Shown: piece by piece, positions 9,241 to 20,365 of the stretch | Layout of the letters: each line of letters opens with the position of its first letter | Position numbering within the stretch: position 1 is the stretch's first letter | Assembly: GCA_965248815.1 (NCBI GenBank) | Contig: CBDFKK010000002.1 | Location: forward strand, 16,995 to 80,994 | Direction: 5' to 3' | Length of the DNA stretch: 64,000 bases | DNA from: Alphaproteobacteria bacterium | Lineage (GTDB): Bacteria; Pseudomonadota; Alphaproteobacteria; SMXP01 | Made by a program: the position numbers and the translations under genes | The notes under the pieces: model-generated | Told to the model about the DNA's origin: nothing | What the model saw: the letters and a program-made list of their open reading frames with translations, nothing else | Database searches by the model: none

Positions 9241-9969
9241 TCAGTCATCGATAATGATATCGGGTTGAATCCGGTTTTGCATCAAGTCAAGCGCGTGTTC
9301 GTCTAAAACAACTACAGAATCCACTTGCGCCAATCCGGCCAGCACGAAAGCGAGTGCGCCACCGCCATGCTCGTCGTTATCGTGCTCGCTACCTCCGGGT
9401 GGACTTTCTTCCTTTAGGCCCAAGACCAATTTATCGCATTTGGTTCATGCGCCTGCGAGACTTTGAATTTGCGATTCTAGGGGCGATCCAGGTGAGCTAA
9501 TCGTCAAACCAACCTTGAACCCGTCCAATTTCCATCGTTCAATTGTTTCAGAAATCTCGGCTAAGCGTAGATCGCCGGTCCCATTTGCAAAAACATCGTT
9601 CCTTTCTAGCTCTTGGCGCAATTCTTCATTTGTTACAACCGCCGTCCTCATTTTCGACACGACAAGTGCACAGGCCTTATTTGCGACCGCTGCCGCCTCC
9701 GGATAAGTCGCGCCAGCGACAACGGCTAGCGCGAGAACCGCAGTTGCCGTATCTCGTGCCCCTGATATGTCAATCAATTCTGTGATTTGCCGTTCACGAA
9801 AATGGAGGACAGAACTGCCTGGTTGAGCCAGGGTCATGCCTTGCTCCGACCGCGTAACGAGAATAGCTGCAAACTCTGTCAACTCTTGAGCCCTATGCAC
9901 AGCTACTTCTACTTCTCCATCAGTGCGGCATGATAAATTGGTAGATTGGGACAATTCGTAAGCGTTGGG
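9241..9969 (-). pseudogene. HldE/RfaE-like heptose-7-phosphate kinase / adenylyltransferase remnant
   Basis: The kinase C-terminal region (TRSEQGMTL...ISGARDTATAVLALAVVAG) is followed by a degenerate cytidylyltransferase-like segment. There is an in-frame TGA at 9445-9447. The N-terminal roughly 170 aa of the kinase are absent, and the frame runs into the ISA copy 3 inverted repeat. Confidence 0.5.
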
Positions 9970-10055
9970 AGAGGTGGCTCGGGAAATCTGCACAGTTGAG
10001 ATAAGTGGAATTTTGGCCTGTAGGCGGCATGATCGCCGGCAACAGGAGATCCACT

Positions 10056-10367
10056 ATGGCAAGACGACCACGTCGCAATCATACACCTGCGTTCAAGTCG
10101 AAGGTGGCCCTTGCGGCCGTTCGCGGTGAGCAGACATTGGGAGAACTCGCTCAGCAGTTTGATGTTCATCCTAACCAGATCAAGCAATGGAAAGATCAGC
10201 TCCTTAAGGGTGCAGCGGGTGTTTTTGGGCGGGAGGGTAAATCACCGCTGCCTGCACCCCGTGTTGATGTGAAGAGGCTCCATGCCAAGATTGGGGAGCT
10301 GACGCTTGAGAATGATTTTTTAGGCGATGCGCTCACCAAGGCGGGATTGCCGAGCGCAAGAAAATGA
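10056..10367 (+). CDS. ISA transposase OrfA
   Basis: As copy 2. Confidence 0.8.
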   Translation: MARRPRRNHTPAFKSKVALAAVRGEQTLGELAQQFDVHPNQIKQWKDQLLKGAAGVFGREGKSPLPAPRVDVKRLHAKIGELTLENDFLGDALTKAGLPSARK

Positions 10368-11194
10368 TCGACCGCAAACATAAACTCTCGCTCAGCCGTC
10401 AGGCCAAGGCGCTCAAGATCAGCCGGGGCAGCGTCTATTATCAGCCCCGTCCCGTATCGGTCGGTGATCTGGCACTGATGCGCCGGATTGATGAATTGCA
10501 TCTCGACTATCCCTTTGCAGGCAGCAGGATGCTGCAGGGACTATTGCTTGGTGAAGGATACAAGGTTGGCCGCCTGCACGTCACAACACTGATGAAGCGT
10601 ATGGGGCTTGAGGCTATTTATCGCCGCCCGAACACGTCCAAGCCTGCACCGGGCCACAAAATCTATCCCTATCTGTTGCGTAAGCTGCCGGTCACCCAAC
10701 CCAATCAGGTCTGGGCGATGGATATCACCTACATTCCAATGGCACGGGGCTTTGTTTATCTGGCCGCAGTGGTTGACTGGTTCAGCCGGCGTGTCCTGTC
10801 CTGGCGGCTCTCTATCACACTGGAAGCAGACTTTTGCATTGAAGCCGTTGAAGAAGCACTGGCCCGTTACGGTAAGCCGGACATCTTCAACACCGATCAG
10901 GGCTCGCAGTTTACCTCCATCGCTTTCACACAAATCCTGAAGGATGCTGAAATCGCCATCAGCATGGATGGCAAGGGAGCGTGGCGGGACAATGTCTTTG
11001 TTGAACGGCTGTGGCGCACGGTCAAATACGAGGAGGTCTATCTGCATGCCTATGGCAATGTTCCACAAGCCCGAGCCGCCCTCGGCAAATATTTGGTCTT
11101 TTATAACACCAAGAGACCGCATTCATCGCTTGACCGCCAGACACCCGATCAGGCTTACTTCAACGTGCTGCAACCAATCCCGGTCGCGGCATAA
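10364..11194 (+). CDS. ISA transposase OrfB
   Basis: As copy 2. Confidence 0.85.
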   Translation: MIDRKHKLSLSRQAKALKISRGSVYYQPRPVSVGDLALMRRIDELHLDYPFAGSRMLQGLLLGEGYKVGRLHVTTLMKRMGLEAIYRRPNTSKPAPGHKIYPYLLRKLPVTQPNQVWAMDITYIPMARGFVYLAAVVDWFSRRVLSWRLSITLEADFCIEAVEEALARYGKPDIFNTDQGSQFTSIAFTQILKDAEIAISMDGKGAWRDNVFVERLWRTVKYEEVYLHAYGNVPQARAALGKYLVFYNTKRPHSSLDRQTPDQAYFNVLQPIPVAA

Positions 11195-11261
11195 CAGGGG
11201 CTGAAATCCACTTATCCGCAGTCCGAAAGTTGTTCAAACAAACCGAACCACCTCTGACCAA

Positions 11262-12206
11262 TCAGTCTGTCAGTCGGGCAGCTTCAATGCTTGTTACCAC
11301 TTGAGGTCTGACCGTCGTTATCAGCAAGGTGCCCAGCCCCATGATTAAGAGTGGCAAAAAAGGTTCTAAAGGCCAAAACGGCAGCCACAGCACGAGTTCC
11401 TCAGAGCGCGTCGACCCCGTCACAAATGCAGAAATAGGCTCTCGCCAATAGTGACCCGTAGCGGCTCCAAGAAGACCAAAGGCGATAGTGGCGCCACCCA
11501 ATGCCTTGAACGCGAGCGGTGTGTTGCTCTCTGGCGCATCCTTCTTTGCCGCTTGGCGTCGTTTCTTACCCCAGGCCGCAATTCTCAGCGCGAATGCGAG
11601 GAAACCGCTGCAATAGAACACATAATCAATCGGCCTCGGATCTGAAAAAGGTTCCAGCGTCGGATAGTAGAAAAGGTTCCACCAATAAACGCTAAAGGCA
11701 TAGGCCCATAGGAAATAGATGCCGCCCCTATGCACCAACTTCCACTGCACCGGGTTCACGTATTTGCGGCCAAAGTGGAAGGATGTCACTACCATGGAGA
11801 CTAGGAAAATGTAGCCTATCGTCCCTTCAAGCTCGTCGCGGAACAAATAGATGTTTTCGAAGTAGTGCCCGCGAAAAAATGTCGACACTATAAAAATGAA
11901 CATGCCTTGCCACGCCATCGCGACGGCAAAACAAAAGCCGAGATATTTTCGGGTGCGCAGCCACCACATCGCGAACGGACTAGGAAACAGTGTCTGAACC
12001 GAAGGTGCGGCGACGACCAAGAATATGAAAGGTATCGCCCAGCGTACGGAATACCCAATCATATCCGACACACCCTCACCGGTGGACATGTCGGTCCTTA
12101 ACATCGTGATGAATATGAGGACGGACATCGGAATAGAGATGAGCCCGAACAATCTCCAGCCGTTAATGGCTTTGTTCTTCAGTATCTCTTTCAGGTCGAT
12201 GCTCAT
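11262..12206 (-). CDS. Polytopic membrane protein, possibly with a ferric-reductase-like (YedZ/MsrQ-type) haem-binding transmembrane domain
   Basis: Multiple hydrophobic helices with conserved His residues inside helices (FHFGRKYV, LVHRGGIYFLW). The start is ambiguous (12245 or 12206). Confidence 0.35.
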   Translation of the reverse strand: MSIDLKEILKNKAINGWRLFGLISIPMSVLIFITMLRTDMSTGEGVSDMIGYSVRWAIPFIFLVVAAPSVQTLFPSPFAMWWLRTRKYLGFCFAVAMAWQGMFIFIVSTFFRGHYFENIYLFRDELEGTIGYIFLVSMVVTSFHFGRKYVNPVQWKLVHRGGIYFLWAYAFSVYWWNLFYYPTLEPFSDPRPIDYVFYCSGFLAFALRIAAWGKKRRQAAKKDAPESNTPLAFKALGGATIAFGLLGAATGHYWREPISAFVTGSTRSEELVLWLPFWPLEPFLPLLIMGLGTLLITTVRPQVVTSIEAARLTD

Positions 12207-12492
12207 ATATTCCACCTGCTCACATAGAACTGCGAAATGATTCACTCTATATCATCATTCCGCCTATGCGGTCGCTATGCGCCTATAGGGCAGGAAAACG
12301 CTCTGATCGCTAGCCGCGCCGTCAACGATCCTGCACCAACGAACCGCAAATCTGATCAAGTCTAATCCAAAACTGTACGTTTATTAGACTTGTCTCAACT
12401 GTTCAGACGGCGGAACCATAACGCTCCGCTCATGGTATACGGTGGCTGCCTCTCATGATAGCGTTTGGGCACTCTAGTTAGATGAAAATGAT

Positions 12493-12720
12493 TTGGACGT
12501 GCTGAATTACTTTAAATTGCAGATCTGGCATGGCCTCAAACTTGCCATAGCCTTTGCGCCTTGGTTGATTTCTATGTACCTACTTTACTGGCTCGGCAAA
12601 CATGAAATTTGGACGCCAGAAACCGATCATCGTGATAAGATAACCATTGCTGTTGTGGCTGCTGGAATGACGTTGTCATTTCTTCTCCAATCGCATTTTG
12701 CGAAGCAGGCAAAAAAATAA
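12493..12720 (+). CDS. Small hypothetical membrane protein (75 aa)
   Basis: Two predicted transmembrane helices. No recognisable family. Confidence 0.3.
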   Translation: MDVLNYFKLQIWHGLKLAIAFAPWLISMYLLYWLGKHEIWTPETDHRDKITIAVVAAGMTLSFLLQSHFAKQAKK

Positions 12721-12808
12721 TTAAGTTGTTCCCTTGCCTAACTCAAAGTTGCCTATTTGCTCGACTCTGATCATCTCAGTGTACGGAACATGAAAGAGTC
12801 ATAAACCA

Positions 12809-13237
12809 ATGATTAGAGCTTACAAAGATGATGATGTAGAAGCCGTAATCTCATCTTGGCGTGACGCAAGTGAATTTGCCCACCCGTTCTTAACAACAAA
12901 GTTCCTCGACCAAGAGGCTGACAATGTTCGTAATGTGTACCTGAAGTTCGCAGAAACATGGGTGACCGAATTAGACGGCCAAGTCGTTGGATTTATCGCC
13001 CTTGTAGACAATGAAATCGGTGGCCTCTTTCTTGATCCCAAACATCATGGGCAGGGGCATGGCAAAGCTATGGTGGACAAAGCTGTAGCCGAAAAAGAAC
13101 ACTTAGAAGTGGAGGTATTTAGGGAAAATATCGTAGGACGCCGCTTCTATGACGCCTACGGATTTCGAGAGCTTGAGGAATTTATCCATGAACAATCAGG
13201 GCAGCCGACCATACGAATGTCATTTTCAAAAAAATAG
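12809..13237 (+). CDS. GNAT family N-acetyltransferase
   Basis: 142 aa. Acetyl-CoA binding motif GHGQGHGKAM and a C-terminal YGF motif. Confidence 0.8.
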   Translation: MIRAYKDDDVEAVISSWRDASEFAHPFLTTKFLDQEADNVRNVYLKFAETWVTELDGQVVGFIALVDNEIGGLFLDPKHHGQGHGKAMVDKAVAEKEHLEVEVFRENIVGRRFYDAYGFRELEEFIHEQSGQPTIRMSFSKK

Positions 13238-13432
13238 ATGAACCTAATTGAGGGCGCTTCAAGTTCTGGGAGCGCCCTCATTAAATGTCCACAATGCCGC
13301 CTTCGGATCGCGAACGGTCGAACAGCGGCATCACCAAACCTGTCCGCTCATCATTTAAAAGCCGCCGCAATTTATGCGAAAGCAGAAATACCGGTTTGAA
13401 TGTCGGCTTGCAGGGTAGAGCAGTAAACCGCC

Positions 13433-14056
13433 TTACTCGTTCGCGTTTGTCAGTCGCTCGCGAAACGTCTCGAAATCAGGCTCAATAATCTGCTCACGCA
13501 TGGCCCGAATATATTCCTCAGGAGAAAGAGGGCATTGCGCATATAGAATGTAGCGCCAGCCTTCCGGCTTTTTCCGAAAAATCGCAAGGGTGCGATCAAA
13601 ACCACCGAAGGCCGGCCGATTTGCAACGGCGACCTCTAGCTCATAGAAATGGTCAAACAGGGCAAGCGCAATGTTGGGGGCGAGGCGTTTGGCCTGCACG
13701 TTGGCGAAGCCCCATTTGAAGTCCGCAAGTCCGCCGCCTCGCGTGGGGCTCCAATAGGCGTCAATTTCGCTCCAAGACATCATCGGTTTGCGGATCTCTT
13801 CGGGAACATACCAAGGATTTGGATCATCAGTGTCCCACACGGCGCGCAGCTTTCCGCGCGAACCACCTCGCCAAAGTATCTCGGTTTCTTTCAAAACCTC
13901 TTCTATTTCTTTGACGAGTTCCGCGTCGTCATTATCATTGTCCTGTGCGTTAGCCGCGGACAAGTTGCCAAATAAACCAGCAAATGCCGCAAGGCCTGCA
14001 GTCAATCCAAGTGATTCACGTCGATCTAATGGCAAGTCTAGATTGTCTTTGGTCAT
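13433..14056 (-). CDS. Twin-arginine-signal protein with NTF2/SnoaL-like fold (putative)
   Basis: RRESLGLTAGLAAFAGL Tat motif. An Asp/Asn-rich linker, then roughly 130 aa compatible with a SnoaL-like domain. Confidence 0.4.
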   Translation of the reverse strand: MTKDNLDLPLDRRESLGLTAGLAAFAGLFGNLSAANAQDNDNDDAELVKEIEEVLKETEILWRGGSRGKLRAVWDTDDPNPWYVPEEIRKPMMSWSEIDAYWSPTRGGGLADFKWGFANVQAKRLAPNIALALFDHFYELEVAVANRPAFGGFDRTLAIFRKKPEGWRYILYAQCPLSPEEYIRAMREQIIEPDFETFRERLTNANE

Positions 14057-14607
14057 TGTTCAGTCTCCTGATCCGTCCCCAGGTTTAGTCCAATTAGAAA
14101 GTTAGTCTGTTCTCGATTTTTTATCTTGGCAAGATGGGTCATGGTGAAAGTGGTCTGTAGCCTAATGAACTGTGTGGGCAAATGGTGTTGTCATGAATGC
14201 CCAATCGCCACGTCCGCTTTGGATAATCAAGCGGGCCAAAAGCATCTGGGAAATCATGACAGCAGTTTGCCATGAGCGGACGTCATTGACGGATACTTGC
14301 CTAGTCCCGTCTAGCAATCGTTTTCAAAGTAACCTTCCTACAGGCGCGCAGCAATCTCTACCGGCGCGATGTGGCCGGCTTCCAAGTTGGCGGTGACGTT
14401 AGCGACTTTTTCGGCGGCAAATAACTATAGTTACAAATGGACAAGGGTTGGAACGTTCATGCCTATGCGCGTTGAAGCGCATAATATATGTTGTAGAAAA
14501 ACCCCGTCCGTATACAGAGCGGATGGTTAGTGAAATTACGATGACCGCGTCCGAAGGATAAAACAATTAAATTTCATTCGAACATAGAAGGTCCGGAATC
14601 TGGATGG

Positions 14608-14991
14608 ATGAGATTTCGCTTTACAGGCAATGGTGGTGAAATTGATTTGCAAGCTTCATACACACCGAACGATCCGTTTTATGAGTTGGTGACCGCGTTA
14701 CAGGCGGTGTACGACAAGGGTTTCGAATATGAGATAAGTGTGAATGAAGAGCCGGCGCAATCTATACTTAAACTTGGCAAGTTCGGCGACAAGTTACTTG
14801 TCACATTGGAAGATGAGAAGGGTGCGCGCAGAACACAAATTAAAGCGTCATTTCAAACCGGCTACCGTGAGATTGCAAGAAATATCTATCACCTCTATCG
14901 AGAAGTCGGCTATGGAGAATTTGTGAGAGAGTGGAAGCATTCACCGCCTAGGCAACGAATTAAACAGTTGTGGAAGACGATAAACGGCTAG
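14608..14991 (+). CDS. Hypothetical protein (127 aa)
   Basis: Clean ORF after a 550-bp gap. No recognisable motif. Confidence 0.35.
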   Translation: MRFRFTGNGGEIDLQASYTPNDPFYELVTALQAVYDKGFEYEISVNEEPAQSILKLGKFGDKLLVTLEDEKGARRTQIKASFQTGYREIARNIYHLYREVGYGEFVREWKHSPPRQRIKQLWKTING

Positions 14992-15148
14992 ACTTTTTCG
15001 GAGCCCTGAAAACCGCCTGTTGTCCGAATTAGAGCCCGCATGTGAAGAGCAGTCGGCCTGGCTTGGTGGTCCCGACTTTCGCTTCTTAGCTGGAAGCGGA
15101 TATGCGGTCCAACTTCGTGAAGAGGGCGCCGCAGCTCCGCGCGTCGGG

Positions 15149-15604
15149 TCAATCCCAACGCCAGACGGTGCCAAGCCATGGTTGCTGATCGCGTGGCCGA
15201 CCCGCCGGGCGGTAATAGTGATGGATCTCCTCAAAACCGGCTGCGGTGACATAGCCCCGCCAGGTCTCGAGATCGTAGAAGCATCCATAGCGCCCCCCGA
15301 TCCAACCTTCTTCGTTCTGTCCGCGAGGATTGGAGCAGAAAAGAACACCGCGCGGCCGGAGCGTTCCGGCGAGATCAGCGAGAACCCGGGCGAGTTGGCT
15401 GCTCGGGACGTGAAACAGTGAGGCGTTCGCGAAGATACCGTTGAAATGCGCCGGCGGCAGATCGAGCGCGAGAAAATCTTGCTGGAGCACCTCGCACCCG
15501 CTCTCGCTTCGCGCGATCTCTGCGAGCGCGCGTGACCCATCGAGGCCGACCGCTCGATGTCCGAGCGCGGAGAACTGGACTTGCCTCAGAAGAGTGGAGA
15601 GCAC
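15149..15604 (-). pseudogene. Class I SAM-dependent methyltransferase, N-terminally truncated by ISC
   Basis: Post-motif-I region (VGLDGSRALAEIAR..., motif II-like QQDFLALDLP, FCSNPRG). The SAM-binding GxGxG motif is absent. The reading frame begins inside the ISC left inverted repeat. Confidence 0.5.
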
Positions 15605-15628
15605 TTTCTAAGCTAAACGGAGGTGCAC

Positions 15629-15916
15629 ATGACAGGCAGGAACCGAGAATTTAGCGACGAGTTTAAGCGAGAGGCCGTTCGATTGAGCTATGAGAGCGGT
15701 CGAACGATTGATGAGATTGCGAAAGATCTTGGCGTCGGCAAATCGACGCTGTCGGCGTGGCGGCGGCGCTTTCGTGATGAGGATTTGGCCGCCGGCCCGC
15801 ACGATGATCTTGAGAAAGAAAACACCCGCCTTCGGCGTGAGAATGAGATCCTTCGGCAGGAAAGGGACTTGTTTAAAAAAGCGACCGCCTTGTTCACCAA
15901 GGAGCCAAGTCGATGA
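15629..15916 (+). CDS. ISC transposase OrfA
   Basis: GGAGG then ATG at 15629. HTH plus leucine zipper (LEKENTRLRRENEILRQ). Confidence 0.8.
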   Translation: MTGRNREFSDEFKREAVRLSYESGRTIDEIAKDLGVGKSTLSAWRRRFRDEDLAAGPHDDLEKENTRLRRENEILRQERDLFKKATALFTKEPSR

Positions 15917-16767
15917 AGTTTCAACTGATCGACGCGAGCAAGGCGTTTGTTTCTGTTCAGCGCGCCTGCTGTCTGCTTGGCGTCAGCCAGAGCGGTTATT
16001 ACGGGTGGAAGGATCGCCCGGCGAGCCGCCGTCAGCGCGAGGACATGATCCTGCTCGCCCATATTCGAAACGCGTTCGCCTTGTCGAACGAGACCTATGG
16101 CAGCCCGCGCATGACACGCGATTTACAAGATGAGGGATTTGAAGTTGGCCGTCGTCGTGTTGCCCGGTTGATGCGCGAGAATGGCCTGCAGGCAAGGCGC
16201 AAGCGGCGTTTCCGGCGCACGACTGATAGCTGTCACGCTTGGCCGATCGCGCCCAACCATCTTGGCGGCGACTTTAATGCCGACAAACCCAATCAAAAAT
16301 GGGCTGTTGATATCAGTTATATATGGACAACCGAAGGCTGGCTCTATCTCGCTGTCGTGATGGACTTATTTTCCCGGTGGATTGTCGGCTGGGCTGTCAG
16401 CGATCGGTTGAAGCGGGACTTGGCGCTTGAAGCCCTGCGCCGGGCTGTGGCTTTGCGGCGCCCGCCGCCGGGACTGATCCATCACTCTGATCGCGGCTCG
16501 CAATATTGCTCTATTGAGTATCGCGCTGCCCTGAAGAAAATCGGCGCCGTTGTGTCCATGTCCGGCAAAGGGAACTGTTACGACAATGCCGTCGTGGAAA
16601 CTTTCTTCAAAACCATCAAATCAGAACTTGTCTGGCGAACGGTCTTCCAAACGCGCGCCCAGGCTGAAACAGAAATCGCTCAATACATTGACGGTTTTTA
16701 TAACCCCGTCAGACGACATTCAGCATGCAACTATCAAAGCCCGATCCAATATGAAATGATGACCTAA
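15913..16767 (+). CDS. ISC transposase OrfB (DDE)
   Basis: 284 aa. WAVDISYIWT, HHSDRGSQYCS and MSGKGNCYDNAVVETFF motifs. Confidence 0.85.
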   Translation: MKFQLIDASKAFVSVQRACCLLGVSQSGYYGWKDRPASRRQREDMILLAHIRNAFALSNETYGSPRMTRDLQDEGFEVGRRRVARLMRENGLQARRKRRFRRTTDSCHAWPIAPNHLGGDFNADKPNQKWAVDISYIWTTEGWLYLAVVMDLFSRWIVGWAVSDRLKRDLALEALRRAVALRRPPPGLIHHSDRGSQYCSIEYRAALKKIGAVVSMSGKGNCYDNAVVETFFKTIKSELVWRTVFQTRAQAETEIAQYIDGFYNPVRRHSACNYQSPIQYEMMT

Positions 16768-17237
16768 ACCAAAACCGTGCTCTCCACTCAAGCGGGGCAA
16801 GTCCAGTGAAACAATCAATTTGATGCGCCCCGTGGGATATCCGCTACGGAAAGTCCTTCTCGAGCCCACAGTATACCTGATGCAGCAATGAAACGTAGCC
16901 ATCCTGCAAAACCACTTGGTCAGATCGCACCAGAAGCGAGTGGCCAGCTATCTTGATTGGAACAAGGCTACAAATTTATTGCGCAAACCACCGGGCGCTT
17001 GCTGTCCACTTTTGTTCCTGGCTATTACCGGACGTATTCGGCCGAGTGCTGGCACGTCCGGATTGGTATGGATGCGGACAATGTTAATCAAGGCGTGACG
17101 GCCGTTTATAGAAGAGTCCACAGACAAGCGAGCCAGACGACAGCCTTGGGCTTGACAGTTACCTAAGAATTCAAGAAGCCGCAACCTTAAGACATTGGCA
17201 GATCGTCTTTAGGCTGCGGATTCTTAAGCAGTAAAGC

Positions 17238-18902
<1,665 letters not shown>

Positions 18903-18969
18903 CTAGAATTTGCCGCCAAAGCTGACAGCAACCTAAATGAGGATGTAAAAAAAGACCGGCTTAACGACG

Positions 18970-19284
18970 CTAAGCGGCCTTTCGTGCCTTTTTCGTGACC
19001 TCGATAATGCCGAGGATGTCCGACTCGTTCATGATCAACAGCTCTTCACCATCAACTGTGACCTCGGTGCCGGACCATTTACCAAACAGGATGCGGTCGC
19101 CAGCTTTGACATCGAGCGGTATCACAGTGCCATCTTCTGCCTTCGCGCCGGAACCTGCCGCGACGACTTCACCTTCTTGAGGCTTTTCTTTAGCAGTATC
19201 GGGGATAATGATCCCACCTGGGGTCTTATCGCCTTCTTCAATTCGCCGCACCAAAACGCGGTCATGCAGAGGACGGAATTTCAT
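18970..19284 (-). CDS. groES: Co-chaperonin GroES
   Basis: 104 aa. [14 protein letters not shown]...TPGGIIIPD. Confidence 0.95.
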   Translation of the reverse strand: MKFRPLHDRVLVRRIEEGDKTPGGIIIPDTAKEKPQEGEVVAAGSGAKAEDGTVIPLDVKAGDRILFGKWSGTEVTVDGEELLIMNESDILGIIEVTKKARKAA

Positions 19285-19360
19285 ATGCGTATCTCTTTCT
19301 GTACCTAAGGGTACGACTGCTCAAATTTTTCTGAAATCGAGGTTCTGATCGAATATCCAA

Positions 19361-19387
19361 TTAGCACTCTCTCGATAAGAGTGCTAG
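19361..19387 (-). promoter_or_regulatory. CIRCE operator (HrcA binding site) upstream of groES
   Basis: TTAGCACTC-N9-GAGTGCTAG. 8/9 and 9/9 matches to the CIRCE half-sites TTAGCACTC-N9-GAGTGCTAA. Confidence 0.8.
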
Positions 19388-19397
19388 AGCTATTTAT

Positions 19398-19430
19398 GGA
19401 AATGGGAGCTCCTCACCGGCGTTTCAAGGT
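19398..19430 (-). promoter_or_regulatory. Putative sigma-32-type heat-shock promoter for groESL
   Basis: On the minus strand CTTGAAA-N15-CCCATTTCC resembles the RpoH -35/-10 consensus (CTTGAA-N13-17-CCCCATNT). It lies just upstream of CIRCE. Confidence 0.35.
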
Positions 19431-19793
19431 TGTGTGGCGATAATTTCTTGAAACCAGTGTATTTATTGGAAATTATGTCCGGCCCTGAATTAATGTGCGG
19501 TGGCCATGGTGTCGGTTTGACTATCACAGGCCATCAATTCTTTTGACTGCCTATCATATGACTCTTATCTCTTATGGCTACTTCCAGCCGTTAGGAGGCT
19601 CTCACTTTAGCGTCCGCTGTTTGATGTAAGGCAGAACTCGACCCTAACTCCCCTACCCTGCGTAAATGCTCCACACTACATCTGGCCATGCGTTCAACAT
19701 GATGTACATATCGAACCGCTGCCAACGGGACTTCTTATACCTAGCCAAGCACGCCGCCGGCTACCAATTGACGGTTCTTAAGCCGGCAACGAC

Positions 19794-20365
19794 TTAACGC
19801 AAGCGTTCAACAACATGGTGGACGACCCCGTGGGGCGCCAACAGCGTGAGGGATTTTGCGGCTCCATAAGGCTCCAGGTCCACAAAAGCCGGAGGCGCCA
19901 AAATCTTTGCGCCGAACATTGCCGCCGCCGAACTCACGTCATCGACCGAGGTTACAAAGATGGTGGCGCCGCTCAGCCCGAGGTTGGGCAACATGGCACG
20001 ATTGATCACATCGGGATTTGTCACCGGCGGCAAACCAAGGTCGATAATGCCGAAGTAAGGATCTGTGCTTTTGGTACCGATGTTGGTTCCACGCACTTGC
20101 GAAGTTTCGTCGGTTTGCATGAGGTCACTGAAACTATCGTTTTCGATAGCAAATTCATAAACCACACTCAGCCCAAACACGGTTTAATAAAACGCCGTCA
20201 CTTGGCTGACGTCCGCCGTCGAAAAAGAGATGCTCATCACCTCGCTGAACGGGCGATCGGTGACCGTCGCAAAGCCTTTAAGGAAGTCTTTGGTGCCGCC
20301 GACGAGCACCGTGACCACATCGTCCGGTCCCCTGAGCTGTGCCTCAATGAACGTGCCGCCTTGCA
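19794..20365 (-). pseudogene. VOC (glyoxalase/bleomycin-resistance) family protein, in-frame TAA at 20184-20186 and N-terminus abutting ISA
   Basis: Two same-frame ORFs (20184-20396 and 19794-20180) separated by TAA. The upstream one starts inside the ISA inverted repeat. The C-terminal module ends with HGVVHHVVE. Confidence 0.4.

Larger units (their letters stand above)
9970..11255 (+). mobile_element. ISA copy 3 (1286 bp), no target-site duplication
   Basis: Same termini as other copies. Flanks GGG and GAC. OrfA has one substitution (LLKGAAG). Confidence 0.9.
15576..16805 (+). mobile_element. ISC (IS3 family, about 1230 bp), single copy
   Basis: Terminal inverted repeats TGGACTTGCCTCAGAAGAGTGGAGAGCAC / GTGCTCTCCACTCAAGCGGGGCAAGTCCA. 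orfA and orfB overlap by ATGA in a -1 frame. No matching flanking duplication. Confidence 0.8.

Noticed and set aside
9445-9993. ORFs beginning MQISRATS... (9993 minus; 50637 plus), MFKQTEPPL... (20396 minus; 860-1123 minus) and MLDLVRMNIKLL...
   Set aside because: These start at GTG or TTG codons located inside ISA terminal inverted repeats and read outward into flanking DNA. They are ORF-caller artefacts. The real flanking genes were re-started at internal ATG or GTG codons, or called as truncated.
14941-15540. 199-aa Arg/Ser/Pro-rich ORF (minus) and 133-aa ORF (plus) overlapping the methyltransferase fragment
   Set aside because: Low-complexity composition. They overlap a frame with recognisable methyltransferase motifs. 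Spurious.
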